Positions 38,704-48,032 of a DNA stretch of 64,000 nucleotides are shown piece after piece. The notes beneath the pieces were generated by a model that was not told the origin of the DNA, made no database searches, and was given only the letters and a program-made list of their open reading frames with translations. Source of the stretch: Candidatus Hadarchaeota archaeon (GTDB taxonomy: Archaea; Hadarchaeota; Hadarchaeia; Hadarchaeales; JAGGTB01). The stretch spans positions 640,001 to 704,000 of the forward strand of contig CAYLJV010000001.1 in the NCBI GenBank assembly GCA_964384105.1. The letters are read 5' to 3'. The translations under genes were made by a program, and so were the position numbers. Within the stretch, counting starts at the first letter, position 1, and every line of letters begins with the position of its first letter.

Positions 38704-39939
38704 CTATAGCCCTAGTATATTCATTAGTAATTCTTCTAATCCCGAAAAATATAGGATTATTGGAAACAGGAGGGCACCCATACAATGAGTTCTCTTTATA
38801 TTCAGAGCGGCTGGTATTATTCCTATCGATGTAGCCACTCCTAGAATGATTATACCCCAGAGGTTAGCATAATAAAAGCTGAACCCTACTATGCTGGCCA
38901 TAACTCCCAGACACATCCCTCTGTAGGGAATGTATCTAATCTTACGCGCTGCTATTTTTCCTAGTTTCAAATGGATCATTGCTGCTATACCCCCTACAAA
39001 AAGTGCAATTCCTATAAGGAATATTAGCTCATAGAGCCCTACTTCTATTATCTCATTAACCGCAACGGCTGCACCGCTTCTAGGTCGACCAATTGCATAA
39101 AGTGCTACGAATGAAAGGAGTGCCTTTGCTGTGTTAACACCACTTACCCCAACTAGGAAATTTTTTGGGCTTTCAGAGTTGGTAGCAGCCTGGGTTAAGA
39201 CTGTTCCCTGAGCAGGTCCTATTCCTGGAAGCACTCCCGTTAAGAATCCGGCTGATGCTCCAGTAACTATTGGCTTAGCGTTTGGGATGATACTAATAGG
39301 CTCCTCGTTTACGCTTTGAACTGGCATTGTGTTCTCGTTGTTTAAGCTGACCAGTAGTATACTCATTCCAAAGAGTCCGCCGAGTAGAGGCATCAGTGAT
39401 TCGTCTCCTCCAATTAGGTTGGAATTTAATACAATAAATCCGAGCAATCCGGATAGAGTAAATACGCCTAATGCCGCAAGTCTTTTTGTCCAGGTAGTTT
39501 CCAAAAGAATCATTATTATCACCACCGATAGTAACAGCCAGTGCATCTCTGGGTTTATAGACCTGTATACTGGTCCAATTAGTGGAGTTAGTGGTCCAAT
39601 CAAAATGACACTGAATAATAATGCACCAAGAGAACCCAAAGCAGTTAGTTTTATAGCAGTGTATCCCTGTCCCTTCAGAACCATCTTATGAGCTGGCAGG
39701 ACGGACAAAGCTGTATCCTTGTTTGGAACTCCTAAAAATGTGGCGGGAATAAAATCTATAAAGGTATGAGTTAGCATCATTGCTACAATTAGTGATATAG
39801 CTTGGTGTGTGCTCAAAGTCGAACCAGCAACTAAGCCTACCAGGAGTGGGGTGATATTGTTTACGTGTACTCCGGGAATCAAACCAGTAAAAGTTCCCAT
39901 TCCTATACCAAGTATAGAAAATCCAAAGTACTCGATCAT
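38704..39939 (-). CDS. TctA-like (DUF112) multi-pass membrane protein
   Basis: GTFTGLIPGVHVN, THTF.DFIPA.FLG.P, VLPAH.M...G.G, GRPRSG; about 11 TM segments. Confidence 0.85.
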   Translation of the reverse strand: MIEYFGFSILGIGMGTFTGLIPGVHVNNITPLLVGLVAGSTLSTHQAISLIVAMMLTHTFIDFIPATFLGVPNKDTALSVLPAHKMVLKGQGYTAIKLTALGSLGALLFSVILIGPLTPLIGPVYRSINPEMHWLLLSVVIIMILLETTWTKRLAALGVFTLSGLLGFIVLNSNLIGGDESLMPLLGGLFGMSILLVSLNNENTMPVQSVNEEPISIIPNAKPIVTGASAGFLTGVLPGIGPAQGTVLTQAATNSESPKNFLVGVSGVNTAKALLSFVALYAIGRPRSGAAVAVNEIIEVGLYELIFLIGIALFVGGIAAMIHLKLGKIAARKIRYIPYRGMCLGVMASIVGFSFYYANLWGIIILGVATSIGIIPAALNIKRTHCMGALLFPIILYFSGLEELLMNILGL

Positions 39940-40590
39940 TTAAAGTGCCTCGAGCACTTTGAGGTTTCTCCTATTCCTGACTTTGAGTATTGTACATGAG
40001 TCAGATAATTCGAGATTACCAGTGACTTGTATAAGGTCCCCAATATGCAAGTTCGGTGAATTAGACCCCTTACTTTTGTACGATAATAAGACGGTCAGAT
40101 TATTCTCTTTTTTCTCTAATCCTATTTTTATGGTGTTATTCGAGTTCTCTTTTTTCTCTGTTATTATTCCCTTGGTCTTTACTATTTCACCCTCCTTTAG
40201 ACTTAACCGTGAGACGGGGATTGGTGATACATGAATTATTTTAATACTTTCAGGAGAGTTAGGGATTATTTCTAACATATTTTCGTATTTTTCGACTTTT
40301 CCTTTGATTTTGATATTGTCTAGCAATTCTATTCGCTTTTTCAATTTAGTTCTTATTTTTGCGAAAATAGGAACAGATATTGTTTCTTCTGAGCCGTCTT
40401 TGACTTTCAAGAAAAGATGGTTGTCTTTGTGTTCGTAGATATCCACAATCTTTCCGGAAATCTTTGCTTCTAAACCGATAAACTCATCCCCAATTTCGGA
40501 GATCGGTGTCAGGTCTGCATTCATGTTGACTGCACCACAATAGACAAAAATCACTCCAATTAGCGAGCAAGTGATACTTAGTTTTGTCAA
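39940..40590 (-). CDS. membrane-anchored OB-fold protein (two OB-like repeats)
   Basis: N-terminal hydrophobic segment; ISG.I..I...K.NHLFL.VKDGS..I.V.IF and GD.I.V.G.L patterns; start codon uncertain. Confidence 0.65.
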   Translation of the reverse strand: MTKLSITCSLIGVIFVYCGAVNMNADLTPISEIGDEFIGLEAKISGKIVDIYEHKDNHLFLKVKDGSEETISVPIFAKIRTKLKKRIELLDNIKIKGKVEKYENMLEIIPNSPESIKIIHVSPIPVSRLSLKEGEIVKTKGIITEKKENSNNTIKIGLEKKENNLTVLLSYKSKGSNSPNLHIGDLIQVTGNLELSDSCTILKVRNRRNLKVLEAL

Positions 40591-40681
40591 GGACTTTACC
40601 AGAGCTACCCGACGCTAATTTAGTTTAAGGTCTTTTTTAAGTCCATAATTTTCTGAAGAAGGTTTAGATGGATCGATAGAT

Positions 40682-41302
40682 CTATTCTAAAAGCTCGGCA
40701 ACTTTGTCTTCTGATAGCTCCTCAAATCCCTCAAAATCGATCTTTCCGACCATTATGTTATCGCCAGTAGCAGCATCTCTTTCTATTGCTTGTTTTATTG
40801 CTTGGGCGGCTAGTTTAAGCCCCTCTTTCTTTCCAATAAACTCTCTGTAGTTTTGTTCTAAAACTCCATAGGCCACTGAAGCTCCCGTTCCACCGCATGC
40901 AAATTTTTCCTCTTCAAGTTGCCCTCCAGCAGGGTCGATGAAGTAAAGTTTTGGTCCTTCATTTCCTACACCACCCATTATTAATGATACGATATAGGGA
41001 AACATTCTTCGTGCATGGAAAATATTTGAGGTTAATCTAGCGAGACTTTTGGGTTGAATCTGCTTCCTTTTTCCGATTTTGTATAGATTAGACTCCGACT
41101 TTATCAGGTCTACCAGATTCTGTGCGTCTCCGGCTAATCCAGATATGGCAACTCCAATATTGTCTTGGATCTTGAAGATTTTACGTACTTTTTTACTTTG
41201 GACTAAGTATCTCGTGGTTGAACGAGTATCAGAAGCCAAAGCGATTCCATCCTCATATTTTAGTCCAACAGAAGTACCTTCAAAACCTTGCATTTTAACC
41301 AC
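40682..41302 (-). CDS. psmB: 20S proteasome beta-type subunit (probably non-catalytic)
   Basis: VGLKY.DGI.LASD.R, KIFKI, SG..GDAQ, L...DP.G, AYGVLE, ERD..TGD; N-terminus EGTSVG instead of GTTTVG. Confidence 0.88.
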   Translation of the reverse strand: MVKMQGFEGTSVGLKYEDGIALASDTRSTTRYLVQSKKVRKIFKIQDNIGVAISGLAGDAQNLVDLIKSESNLYKIGKRKQIQPKSLARLTSNIFHARRMFPYIVSLIMGGVGNEGPKLYFIDPAGGQLEEEKFACGGTGASVAYGVLEQNYREFIGKKEGLKLAAQAIKQAIERDAATGDNIMVGKIDFEGFEELSEDKVAELLE

Positions 41303-41353
41303 TTTTCTTTCTGTCTCTCTCTTATAAAACCTAACTATTATTTAAATCCGAGA

Positions 41354-41575
41354 TTACTTTTTTATTTCCTCATAAGCTGCTCTAATATGCTCTTTACTTA
41401 CTGTTTTGACTCCTTCTTGTTCTGCTTTTCTAATAGCTTCTTCTGCTATCTTTTTCCCGAGGGATTCCGTTACCGCACCGAGTTCGATTGACGCGTCTTT
41501 TGAGACTCTTTCATTTCCAGCATTCCTCAAAATTTTATCCATTGATGAAATTGAAAATTCAGGCATATTTCCCAT
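41354..41575 (-). CDS. divergent archaeal histone paralog
   Basis: EFSISSMDKILRNAGNERVSKDA...L.......A..A.....G.KTV histone-fold pattern. Confidence 0.85.
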   Translation of the reverse strand: MGNMPEFSISSMDKILRNAGNERVSKDASIELGAVTESLGKKIAEEAIRKAEQEGVKTVSKEHIRAAYEEIKK

Positions 41576-41611
41576 ATTATTAATGCTAAATCTAGGTTTA
41601 ATAGATGACCC

Positions 41612-42028
41612 TTAATCTTTTGCTTTGTTTCTGATTTTCTTTGCGATTTCAGAGATTTCTTTTTTTGGTGGATTGTTTACAACGGCATGGATTGGTTTTC
41701 CTTGATCTCCTTCAAATCTTGGAATTATGTTAACATGTAGATGGGGAATTTCCTGTCCTGCCGATTTTCCGTCATTTATTCCCACAGTAAAAGCATTGGG
41801 TTTGATGGAATTTTCGAGAATTTTTTCCACTTTTTTTACCACAATAAATACTTCTTCGACCAGACTATCATCTAATTCGGTTAGTCTTTCCACGTGTTCT
41901 TTAGGAATTACAAGACTGTGTCCAGGGGCCCTAGGATTTATATCAAGAAAAGACATTACTCGGTCTGTTTCATATATCTTTTCGCAATCAAGTTCTCCAT
42001 TTGCTATTTTACAAAAAACGCAGTCCAT
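41612..42028 (-). CDS. HIT family nucleotide hydrolase
   Basis: DCVFCKI, FLDINP..PGH.LVIPK.H, AGQEIPHLHVNIIPR (third His of the triad is Asn). Confidence 0.93.
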   Translation of the reverse strand: MDCVFCKIANGELDCEKIYETDRVMSFLDINPRAPGHSLVIPKEHVERLTELDDSLVEEVFIVVKKVEKILENSIKPNAFTVGINDGKSAGQEIPHLHVNIIPRFEGDQGKPIHAVVNNPPKKEISEIAKKIRNKAKD

Positions 42029-42207
42029 TATTTTAACCTCTCTGGCTACTCATTTGAAATTTCTTTATAACTATTTAAGTGGTTTTCTACACCACTTTCG
42101 TTTGCTTTAGCTATTGTCTTTGCTTAATATTTGGATTTTCAAAATAATAATATTCATTTGATAATGGTAAATCTTAAACTCATGTAGTCAATTTTAGCTA
42201 CGGGACT

Positions 42208-43530
42208 ATGTCTGATATCATAATCAAAAACGGCTTAATCGTCACTATGGATCCTGAAGGAAGAGTTACAAAGGGGTCAGTTTCTATTGAGGATGATCGA
42301 ATAAAGGAGATTGGGGGTACTGGAGAAGAAGCAGATAAAGTCATCAATGCAGAGGGTAAAATAGTGATGCCGGGTCTTGTCTGCTCATATTCTCGCCCAT
42401 ATAGAGTATTCCTGAAGTCAATTTTACGAAATATAGAGCCGCCCACGGATTTTACACAAATTTTACAGCGTATATGGTGGCCTCTGGATGAAGTGTTATC
42501 TGATGATGATATTCATATTGGTACTTTAGTCTCTTGTTTAAAGTTCATAAAAACTGGAACCACTTTTTTTGTCGGACTTCATTCTAGCCAGGAATCTATT
42601 GGGAAATCGCTTGATTATGTTGCTTCTGCTATCGAAAAATCAGGAATTAGGGCTCGAATTGCTTACGAATCTTCTGAAAGGCATACACATGCAGAGGGAG
42701 CGAGAGGCATGAAAGAAAACATTAGGTTTCTTGAAAGAAAGAGAAAGTCAGAGGAGTCTCTAGTTGAAGGGCTAGTGGGTTTAGGCTGCACTTTTACTAC
42801 TTCCGATGAGTTGCTAAGGCACGGAGAGAGGGTGTCTAATAGATTCGATGTGCCGATGGCCCTATCCGTTTCGGAGGGCAAAGTAGATCTTTACCATAGT
42901 CTTGAGAATTATGGAAAAAGACCCGTTGAGAGACTAAGAGATTTGGGAATCTTAAACTCTAATACAGTTCTTGCTCACTGTGTGCACTTAAATGATGATG
43001 AGATTTCGTTAATTAAAAAAGCTGACTCAAAAGTCGCTCACTGTCCGATGGGCAATATGTTAAACGCTAGTGGAGTAGCACCGATTCCGGATATGACCAA
43101 GAAGAAGGTTTTGGTCGGTATAGGAAATGATGGTTATATTTTTGATGGTTTTGAAAATATGCGCTTTTCTTGTTTAGTTCATAAAGGGGTTTCAAGGGAC
43201 CCAAGGTCGATTTCATCTATGGATGTGTTAGAAATGGCCACGATAAATGGAGCAAAGTCTTATGGTCTGGAAAAAGAAATAGGATCTATTGAACCTGGGA
43301 AAAAAGCAGATATCATAGTAATAAATCCTCCCTCTATGTTTTCCCATCTAACGCGGGAAAATATAGCAGATTTTATAGTCAATAACGTAAGAGGTTGTGA
43401 CGTGGAAACAATGATTGTTGATGGAAAGATTGTGATGAAAAACCGAAATATAAAAACCCTTAGAGAGGAAACTATAATGAAAAAATCTGTAAAAGTAACA
43501 GAAAAAATTTGGAAAAATTTAGAATTATAG
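42208..43530 (+). CDS. amidohydrolase-family protein (SsnA/MtaD-like) with degenerate metal ligands
   Basis: Overall fold motifs GKIVMPGL, KTGTT, LAHCVH, GIGNDG, MATINGA, GSIEPGKKAD; HxH replaced by YSR. Confidence 0.85.
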   Translation: MSDIIIKNGLIVTMDPEGRVTKGSVSIEDDRIKEIGGTGEEADKVINAEGKIVMPGLVCSYSRPYRVFLKSILRNIEPPTDFTQILQRIWWPLDEVLSDDDIHIGTLVSCLKFIKTGTTFFVGLHSSQESIGKSLDYVASAIEKSGIRARIAYESSERHTHAEGARGMKENIRFLERKRKSEESLVEGLVGLGCTFTTSDELLRHGERVSNRFDVPMALSVSEGKVDLYHSLENYGKRPVERLRDLGILNSNTVLAHCVHLNDDEISLIKKADSKVAHCPMGNMLNASGVAPIPDMTKKKVLVGIGNDGYIFDGFENMRFSCLVHKGVSRDPRSISSMDVLEMATINGAKSYGLEKEIGSIEPGKKADIIVINPPSMFSHLTRENIADFIVNNVRGCDVETMIVDGKIVMKNRNIKTLREETIMKKSVKVTEKIWKNLEL

Positions 43531-43544
43531 AGGTGAAATAAATA

Positions 43545-44633
43545 ATGGTTAATTTAAGTACTGAAATAGCTGGAATAGAGTTCAGAAATCCAATACTTCC
43601 TGCAGCCGGGCCTTTAACAAGAGACGGAGATTCACTTGTAGATGTAGCTAACAACGGTGCTGGCGGACTAGTTTCGAAAACGGTAAGTGTGGAACCCGCA
43701 AAAATCCCTAGACCAAATCTTGCTAAGGTTGGAAACAGTATAGTAGATGCAGATAGCGGATCGGAAATATCTGTAGAAAAATGGATTGAAGATGAATATC
43801 CAAAGGCGAAGAGTGTAGGACTTCCCTTAGTAGCTAGTATTGGCTATACTCCTGAAGAAATTGAGGAATTAGCTCCTAGAGTCGCTGAGGCAGGAGTTGA
43901 TGCGCTAGAGATTACGAATGGAAATATTGTTAAGGACGTATCTGTTATCCCTGAATCGGTAGAGATTGCAAAAGAACAAGTGGATATCCCTGTTCTTGTA
44001 AAATTAAATCCACAGCTTTTGGAGATAGATGAGATCGCAATAGCTGCCGAAAAAGCAGGCGCTGACGGAATCGTCGCTGTAAACTCTATCGGTCCGAGTT
44101 TGGTTATCGATGTAAACACAGAGAGACCATTAATGGGTAGTGCTAATGGATACGGCTGGCTTTCAGGACCTTCGATAAAGCCTGTAGCTGTAAGATGTGT
44201 CGCAGATATAGCAAGAGCTGTTGATATACCTATTATTGGCTCTGGTGGTATCAATAGTGAGAGAGACGTTGCAGAGTTTTTAATGGCTGGCGCTTCTGCG
44301 GTCCAAATCTGTACGGCTAGTATTACTCGAGGTAAAAAGATTTTTGGCTTGATAGCGGATAACCTCAAGAGGTTTATGGATGTAAGAGGCTACGATTCTA
44401 TTGAGGATATTAGAGGTGTTGCTCTTAGGAATCTGCCCGAAGAACCTTTGAGAACTACTGCGAAACAGCCCTCTTTCTTGAGTTCAAAATGTACTGGTTG
44501 TGGACTTTGTGTAAAGCACTGTCCTTACGACGCCGTTACGATAGTCAGCGGAAAAGCTAGGATAGATTCAACCAAGTGTACAGGATGCGGACTCTGTGTT
44601 TCAGTGTGTCCCCCGAAAGCTCTCAGATATTAA
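43545..44633 (+). CDS. dihydroorotate/dihydropyrimidine dehydrogenase-like FMN protein with C-terminal 2x[4Fe-4S] ferredoxin domain
   Basis: NPILPAAGP, SKTVS, VKLNP, AVNS, GWLSGP.IKP, GSGGI, AGASAVQ; two CxxCxxCxxxCP motifs. Confidence 0.88.
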   Translation: MVNLSTEIAGIEFRNPILPAAGPLTRDGDSLVDVANNGAGGLVSKTVSVEPAKIPRPNLAKVGNSIVDADSGSEISVEKWIEDEYPKAKSVGLPLVASIGYTPEEIEELAPRVAEAGVDALEITNGNIVKDVSVIPESVEIAKEQVDIPVLVKLNPQLLEIDEIAIAAEKAGADGIVAVNSIGPSLVIDVNTERPLMGSANGYGWLSGPSIKPVAVRCVADIARAVDIPIIGSGGINSERDVAEFLMAGASAVQICTASITRGKKIFGLIADNLKRFMDVRGYDSIEDIRGVALRNLPEEPLRTTAKQPSFLSSKCTGCGLCVKHCPYDAVTIVSGKARIDSTKCTGCGLCVSVCPPKALRY

Positions 44634-44686
44634 AAACCGAAGAATTAAATTCTCTGAGAGCTAACTTATTCTTCGGTGGATGGATT

Positions 44687-45262
44687 TTGATAATCGAAGC
44701 GATTCTAATTGCAATAATTGCTATACTAATAATCTGGATCTACTTTTCAGGTGGGGGAACTCCTAGAACTAGAGAGTTAACTAATAAGATTGATAGGTTA
44801 GAAAAAGAGAACGAAACTTTGCGGGAAACAAATGAAGCTTTAAGATCTGGATATGGTTATTCTAGCAAAAAAGTCTCTAGGTCTTTGGATAAAATTGGGT
44901 CTATGGTAAGGGATTTAGTTTGCGTGAAAGAAGCCATAAAAGGTTCAAAATCGGCAAGGATGAGACTAGATGAGAAGTATGGAATTGAGGTCAGTAAACA
45001 GTTAGTCAAAAATATTCTTTCATCAGAGCAGACCGTAAACTTTGATTTAAGAAGAAGAGCAGCTCATGAAGTCTTAGTAGGCAGTATTGGCAGGGATATT
45101 CTGAAGGGGCTGGAGAGAGGAAAGAGCTTGGATGATTCCATATCGGATGCGGGTGTCCCACTAAGAATAGGAAGAGAAAGAGCGAGGTTGCTTAAAGAAG
45201 TAGGCTATTTGGATAACCATATGAATCTGACTAACTGGGGATACGAAGTTTTAGAAATGTAG
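44687..45262 (+). CDS. membrane-anchored coiled-coil protein with possible C-terminal winged helix
   Basis: TTG 44687 start avoids overlap with the previous gene; TM helix, heptad region, then GR.IL..L.RG.S....AGVPL......LL...GYLD....LT.WG. Confidence 0.6.
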   Translation: MIIEAILIAIIAILIIWIYFSGGGTPRTRELTNKIDRLEKENETLRETNEALRSGYGYSSKKVSRSLDKIGSMVRDLVCVKEAIKGSKSARMRLDEKYGIEVSKQLVKNILSSEQTVNFDLRRRAAHEVLVGSIGRDILKGLERGKSLDDSISDAGVPLRIGRERARLLKEVGYLDNHMNLTNWGYEVLEM

Positions 45263-45310
45263 AAATAGAGTAAATATTTCCAATTCCAACTTTTTAAGAC
45301 TAACCGATTA

Positions 45311-46738
45311 CTACCAAATTCCTAGTAACTTCCACCAACCTAGTCCAACTGTAATAAACGTTATTACGCTGATAATACTCAATACCGCGCCACCTTTTAC
45401 TAAGTCTTTCACTTTAACGTATCCTGATGAATAGACTATGGCCGCACTTGGGGTAGCTATAGGAAGCATGAAGGCCATTGCGGACCCCATCGCTATTAAA
45501 TAAGAGGGTAGCTGTCCGGGATAGCCAAGCTCTATTAGAGTTATCAATGCAATAGGGAGAACTACTACCGTAGCTGCGGAGTTACTCATTAAGTTTGAAA
45601 GAAGGACCACGAGAACAAGTAGCATAACTATAATCAGAAATGAGTTCTGTCCAATAAAACCTATTAGTTGTGTGGTGATAAAGGAAATCCCTTGTGTATT
45701 TCGCAAGGCCTGGCTCAAGGTTATGGCACCCCCATATAGAAAAAGCAGTCCCCATGGCATGTTTTGTTCTATATCTCTCCAGGTGATTGTTCTAGTTACT
45801 ACAAGTAAAATGAGTGCACCTACTGCTACTGTAGCAAGGCCAATTTCGGTTCCAAGTACAACCCATAATACGAAGGAAAGTCCGAAGATTCCCGCAGCTT
45901 TCTTTTCCCTCTCGCTTATGCCACCCATATCCGAGACTTCCTCTTTCATTTCGGTTCTCATACGATCTACATCTACTTCTTCCCAAGGGTAAACTATCCT
46001 TAAAACGATGAAAGTTAGTATCATCAAAATTATGGCTATTGGAGCTCCCGCAATAAGCCAATCCACAAAGCTAAGAGATACCCCTACGGTGCTTTCTAGT
46101 ATTCCAATTGCAAGCACGTTACGAGCTCCACCTAAGAGTGTGCCGATGCTTCCTACAGAAGTGGCATAGGTCAATGCTAGGAAAATAGCAATTCCGAAAT
46201 TATTTCTCCTGTCTACCCCTCCTGCTTTGACCATACCCATTAAAACAGGTAGAAGTAGGGCAGCAACAGCATGTGCGGGAATGGTCATTGCCATAAATCC
46301 ACCTAATATACAAACGCTGAAGATCATAGAAGATGAACTTTTACCAAATTTTCTGAGGAATAGTAGTGAAATTCGCTTGTGTAGATTTGTTTTTTGAATT
46401 GCGATTCCTAGGGAAAGAGCTCCTATTAAAAAGAAGAGAGCTGGACTACCAAAACCGGTGAAAGCATTACTAGGTTCTAAAATTCCGAATATTGGAAGTA
46501 ACATTGTTCCAAACAAAGCGGTAAGGCCAAGAGGAAAAGTTTCTGTAACCCATAGTATTGTTACGAACGCAAGTATTCCGACTGCTCTTTGACCTTCTAT
46601 TGGAAGGCCTTCAGGATTAGGGAGGAATGAAATAATCATGAGGGTTGCAAAGGCAGTAGCCAGATAGTAGACTCTTCTTAAATACTCCGGCCTGGCGATA
46701 TCCTTGCCTATTAAGTTTTCGTTCTCCCCGGTGGGCAT
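45311..46738 (-). CDS. DASS/SLC13 family anion transporter
   Basis: LWVTE.FP, TNLHKRI, YATSVGS.GT..G...N, I.W, MSNSA, AFMLPIATP.AAIVY.SG. Confidence 0.92.
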   Translation of the reverse strand: MPTGENENLIGKDIARPEYLRRVYYLATAFATLMIISFLPNPEGLPIEGQRAVGILAFVTILWVTETFPLGLTALFGTMLLPIFGILEPSNAFTGFGSPALFFLIGALSLGIAIQKTNLHKRISLLFLRKFGKSSSSMIFSVCILGGFMAMTIPAHAVAALLLPVLMGMVKAGGVDRRNNFGIAIFLALTYATSVGSIGTLLGGARNVLAIGILESTVGVSLSFVDWLIAGAPIAIILMILTFIVLRIVYPWEEVDVDRMRTEMKEEVSDMGGISEREKKAAGIFGLSFVLWVVLGTEIGLATVAVGALILLVVTRTITWRDIEQNMPWGLLFLYGGAITLSQALRNTQGISFITTQLIGFIGQNSFLIIVMLLVLVVLLSNLMSNSAATVVVLPIALITLIELGYPGQLPSYLIAMGSAMAFMLPIATPSAAIVYSSGYVKVKDLVKGGAVLSIISVITFITVGLGWWKLLGIW

Positions 46739-46756
46739 GTCCGCACCTTTTCATAG

Positions 46757-47227
46757 TTAATCAGAAACAGTTAAAACTTCACAGGCTACTTTGTCACAAA
46801 GATATTCTATTTCATCACCTAAGAGTATTTCTGGCATTTTCTCTCTTAGTTTCTCGATTATTACGAGCTCAATTGAGTATTTCTCTACAGCTTTTAATAT
46901 TTCTTCAGCGGGGCTCCCGGAGGCATAAAATGGTTTTACGGAGATTCCTTTTTTAGCGGCCACTTTTTTCACATCTTCCGCATAGTCCTTTGCAGCGCTT
47001 TCCTGCACTTTCTCTTGAGTTTCCTTAAAGGTTTTAATTATCTCGCTTTTTTCTCCCATCTGCCCTGTTCGATATCTTATGCTTCTAGTGGGGGCTTCAT
47101 CAAGAATATGTAGGAGAAATATTTCTCCTCCTTTTTCTAGTCTATCTAACGCTTTTTTTTGCGCTTTCTTGGGGAGTTTCCTACCCAAATAGGGAATTAA
47201 TACTCTATTTACTTTTCCTTTTTCCAT
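46757..47227 (-). CDS. universal stress protein (UspA-like)
   Basis: RVLIP, IFLLHILD, GSPAEEIL......IELVII, LLG......KV.C.VL.V. Confidence 0.8.
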   Translation of the reverse strand: MEKGKVNRVLIPYLGRKLPKKAQKKALDRLEKGGEIFLLHILDEAPTRSIRYRTGQMGEKSEIIKTFKETQEKVQESAAKDYAEDVKKVAAKKGISVKPFYASGSPAEEILKAVEKYSIELVIIEKLREKMPEILLGDEIEYLCDKVACEVLTVSD

Positions 47228-47557
47228 TATATTCGCCAGTAGATATTAGTTGTTTATTTGAGCTTTATAACATGTCTTAAAAAGTTGATGTTCACCGTTT
47301 TAATAGTTTGTTTATGAAGACTAGTACCTCTTGGGAGTTTTCGTCATCTTGTTAATACTGGATATTAGAAGCAAATGTGGAATATTCGCTAGAGTGATAT
47401 CGTCTCGAAAAGCCAGTTTGGATAGAAACTCAGAAAAGGAAAAATTAATGACTATGCTTTCTTCTGAATTTCTTGAATTTGATGAGATAAGGTTTGTATC
47501 TTATGACTTGACGAATAAATCTAATAAAGAGATCTATAAGACTTCTATTGTGAAACA

Positions 47558-47893
47558 ATGAACGGGGAATGGATCGAAAGGAAAAATTACAGGAAGAAGA
47601 TACTTTTCACAGAGGAGGACTTGGAATCAAAAGGGGTGAGGATCCAACTAGTTGAGGTAGATGCTAATAATACTGTCAAGCCCCATTATCATGAATCCCA
47701 GACTGAAGTTTACAATGTACAAAGGGGAAGAGCTATTCTTAGGATCGGTGAAAATAACCACAAGGTTAGCAAAGGCGATACGCTGATATGCAAACCAGGA
47801 ACAGTACACGGGGTCAAGAACAGATCTGATGAAGTTTTTCGCTTGTTAGTTATTAAGACAAATTATGAGGAAAACGATAGTTATTGGCTATGA
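47558..47893 (+). CDS. cupin-2 domain protein
   Basis: PHYH..QTEVY.V..G and GD.L..KPGTVHGV.N metal-binding motifs. Confidence 0.9.
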   Translation: MNGEWIERKNYRKKILFTEEDLESKGVRIQLVEVDANNTVKPHYHESQTEVYNVQRGRAILRIGENNHKVSKGDTLICKPGTVHGVKNRSDEVFRLLVIKTNYEENDSYWL

Positions 47894-48032
47894 TCCTTGG
47901 ATTGCTTTGTTTCTTTCTATTCCGTTCATTGTTTTCGGGACTCTCATCAGTTCTTTTATCTTACGATGAGCTAAAAGATAGAATTTCCATCAGATTTAAT
48001 GGTTTTGATTGGTATACTGCTATGGTAGAAAA

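Noticed and set aside
47331-47561. 76-aa ORF upstream of the cupin gene
   Set aside because: TTG start without SD and no recognisable motif; it may be spurious or a remnant, so it is not called.
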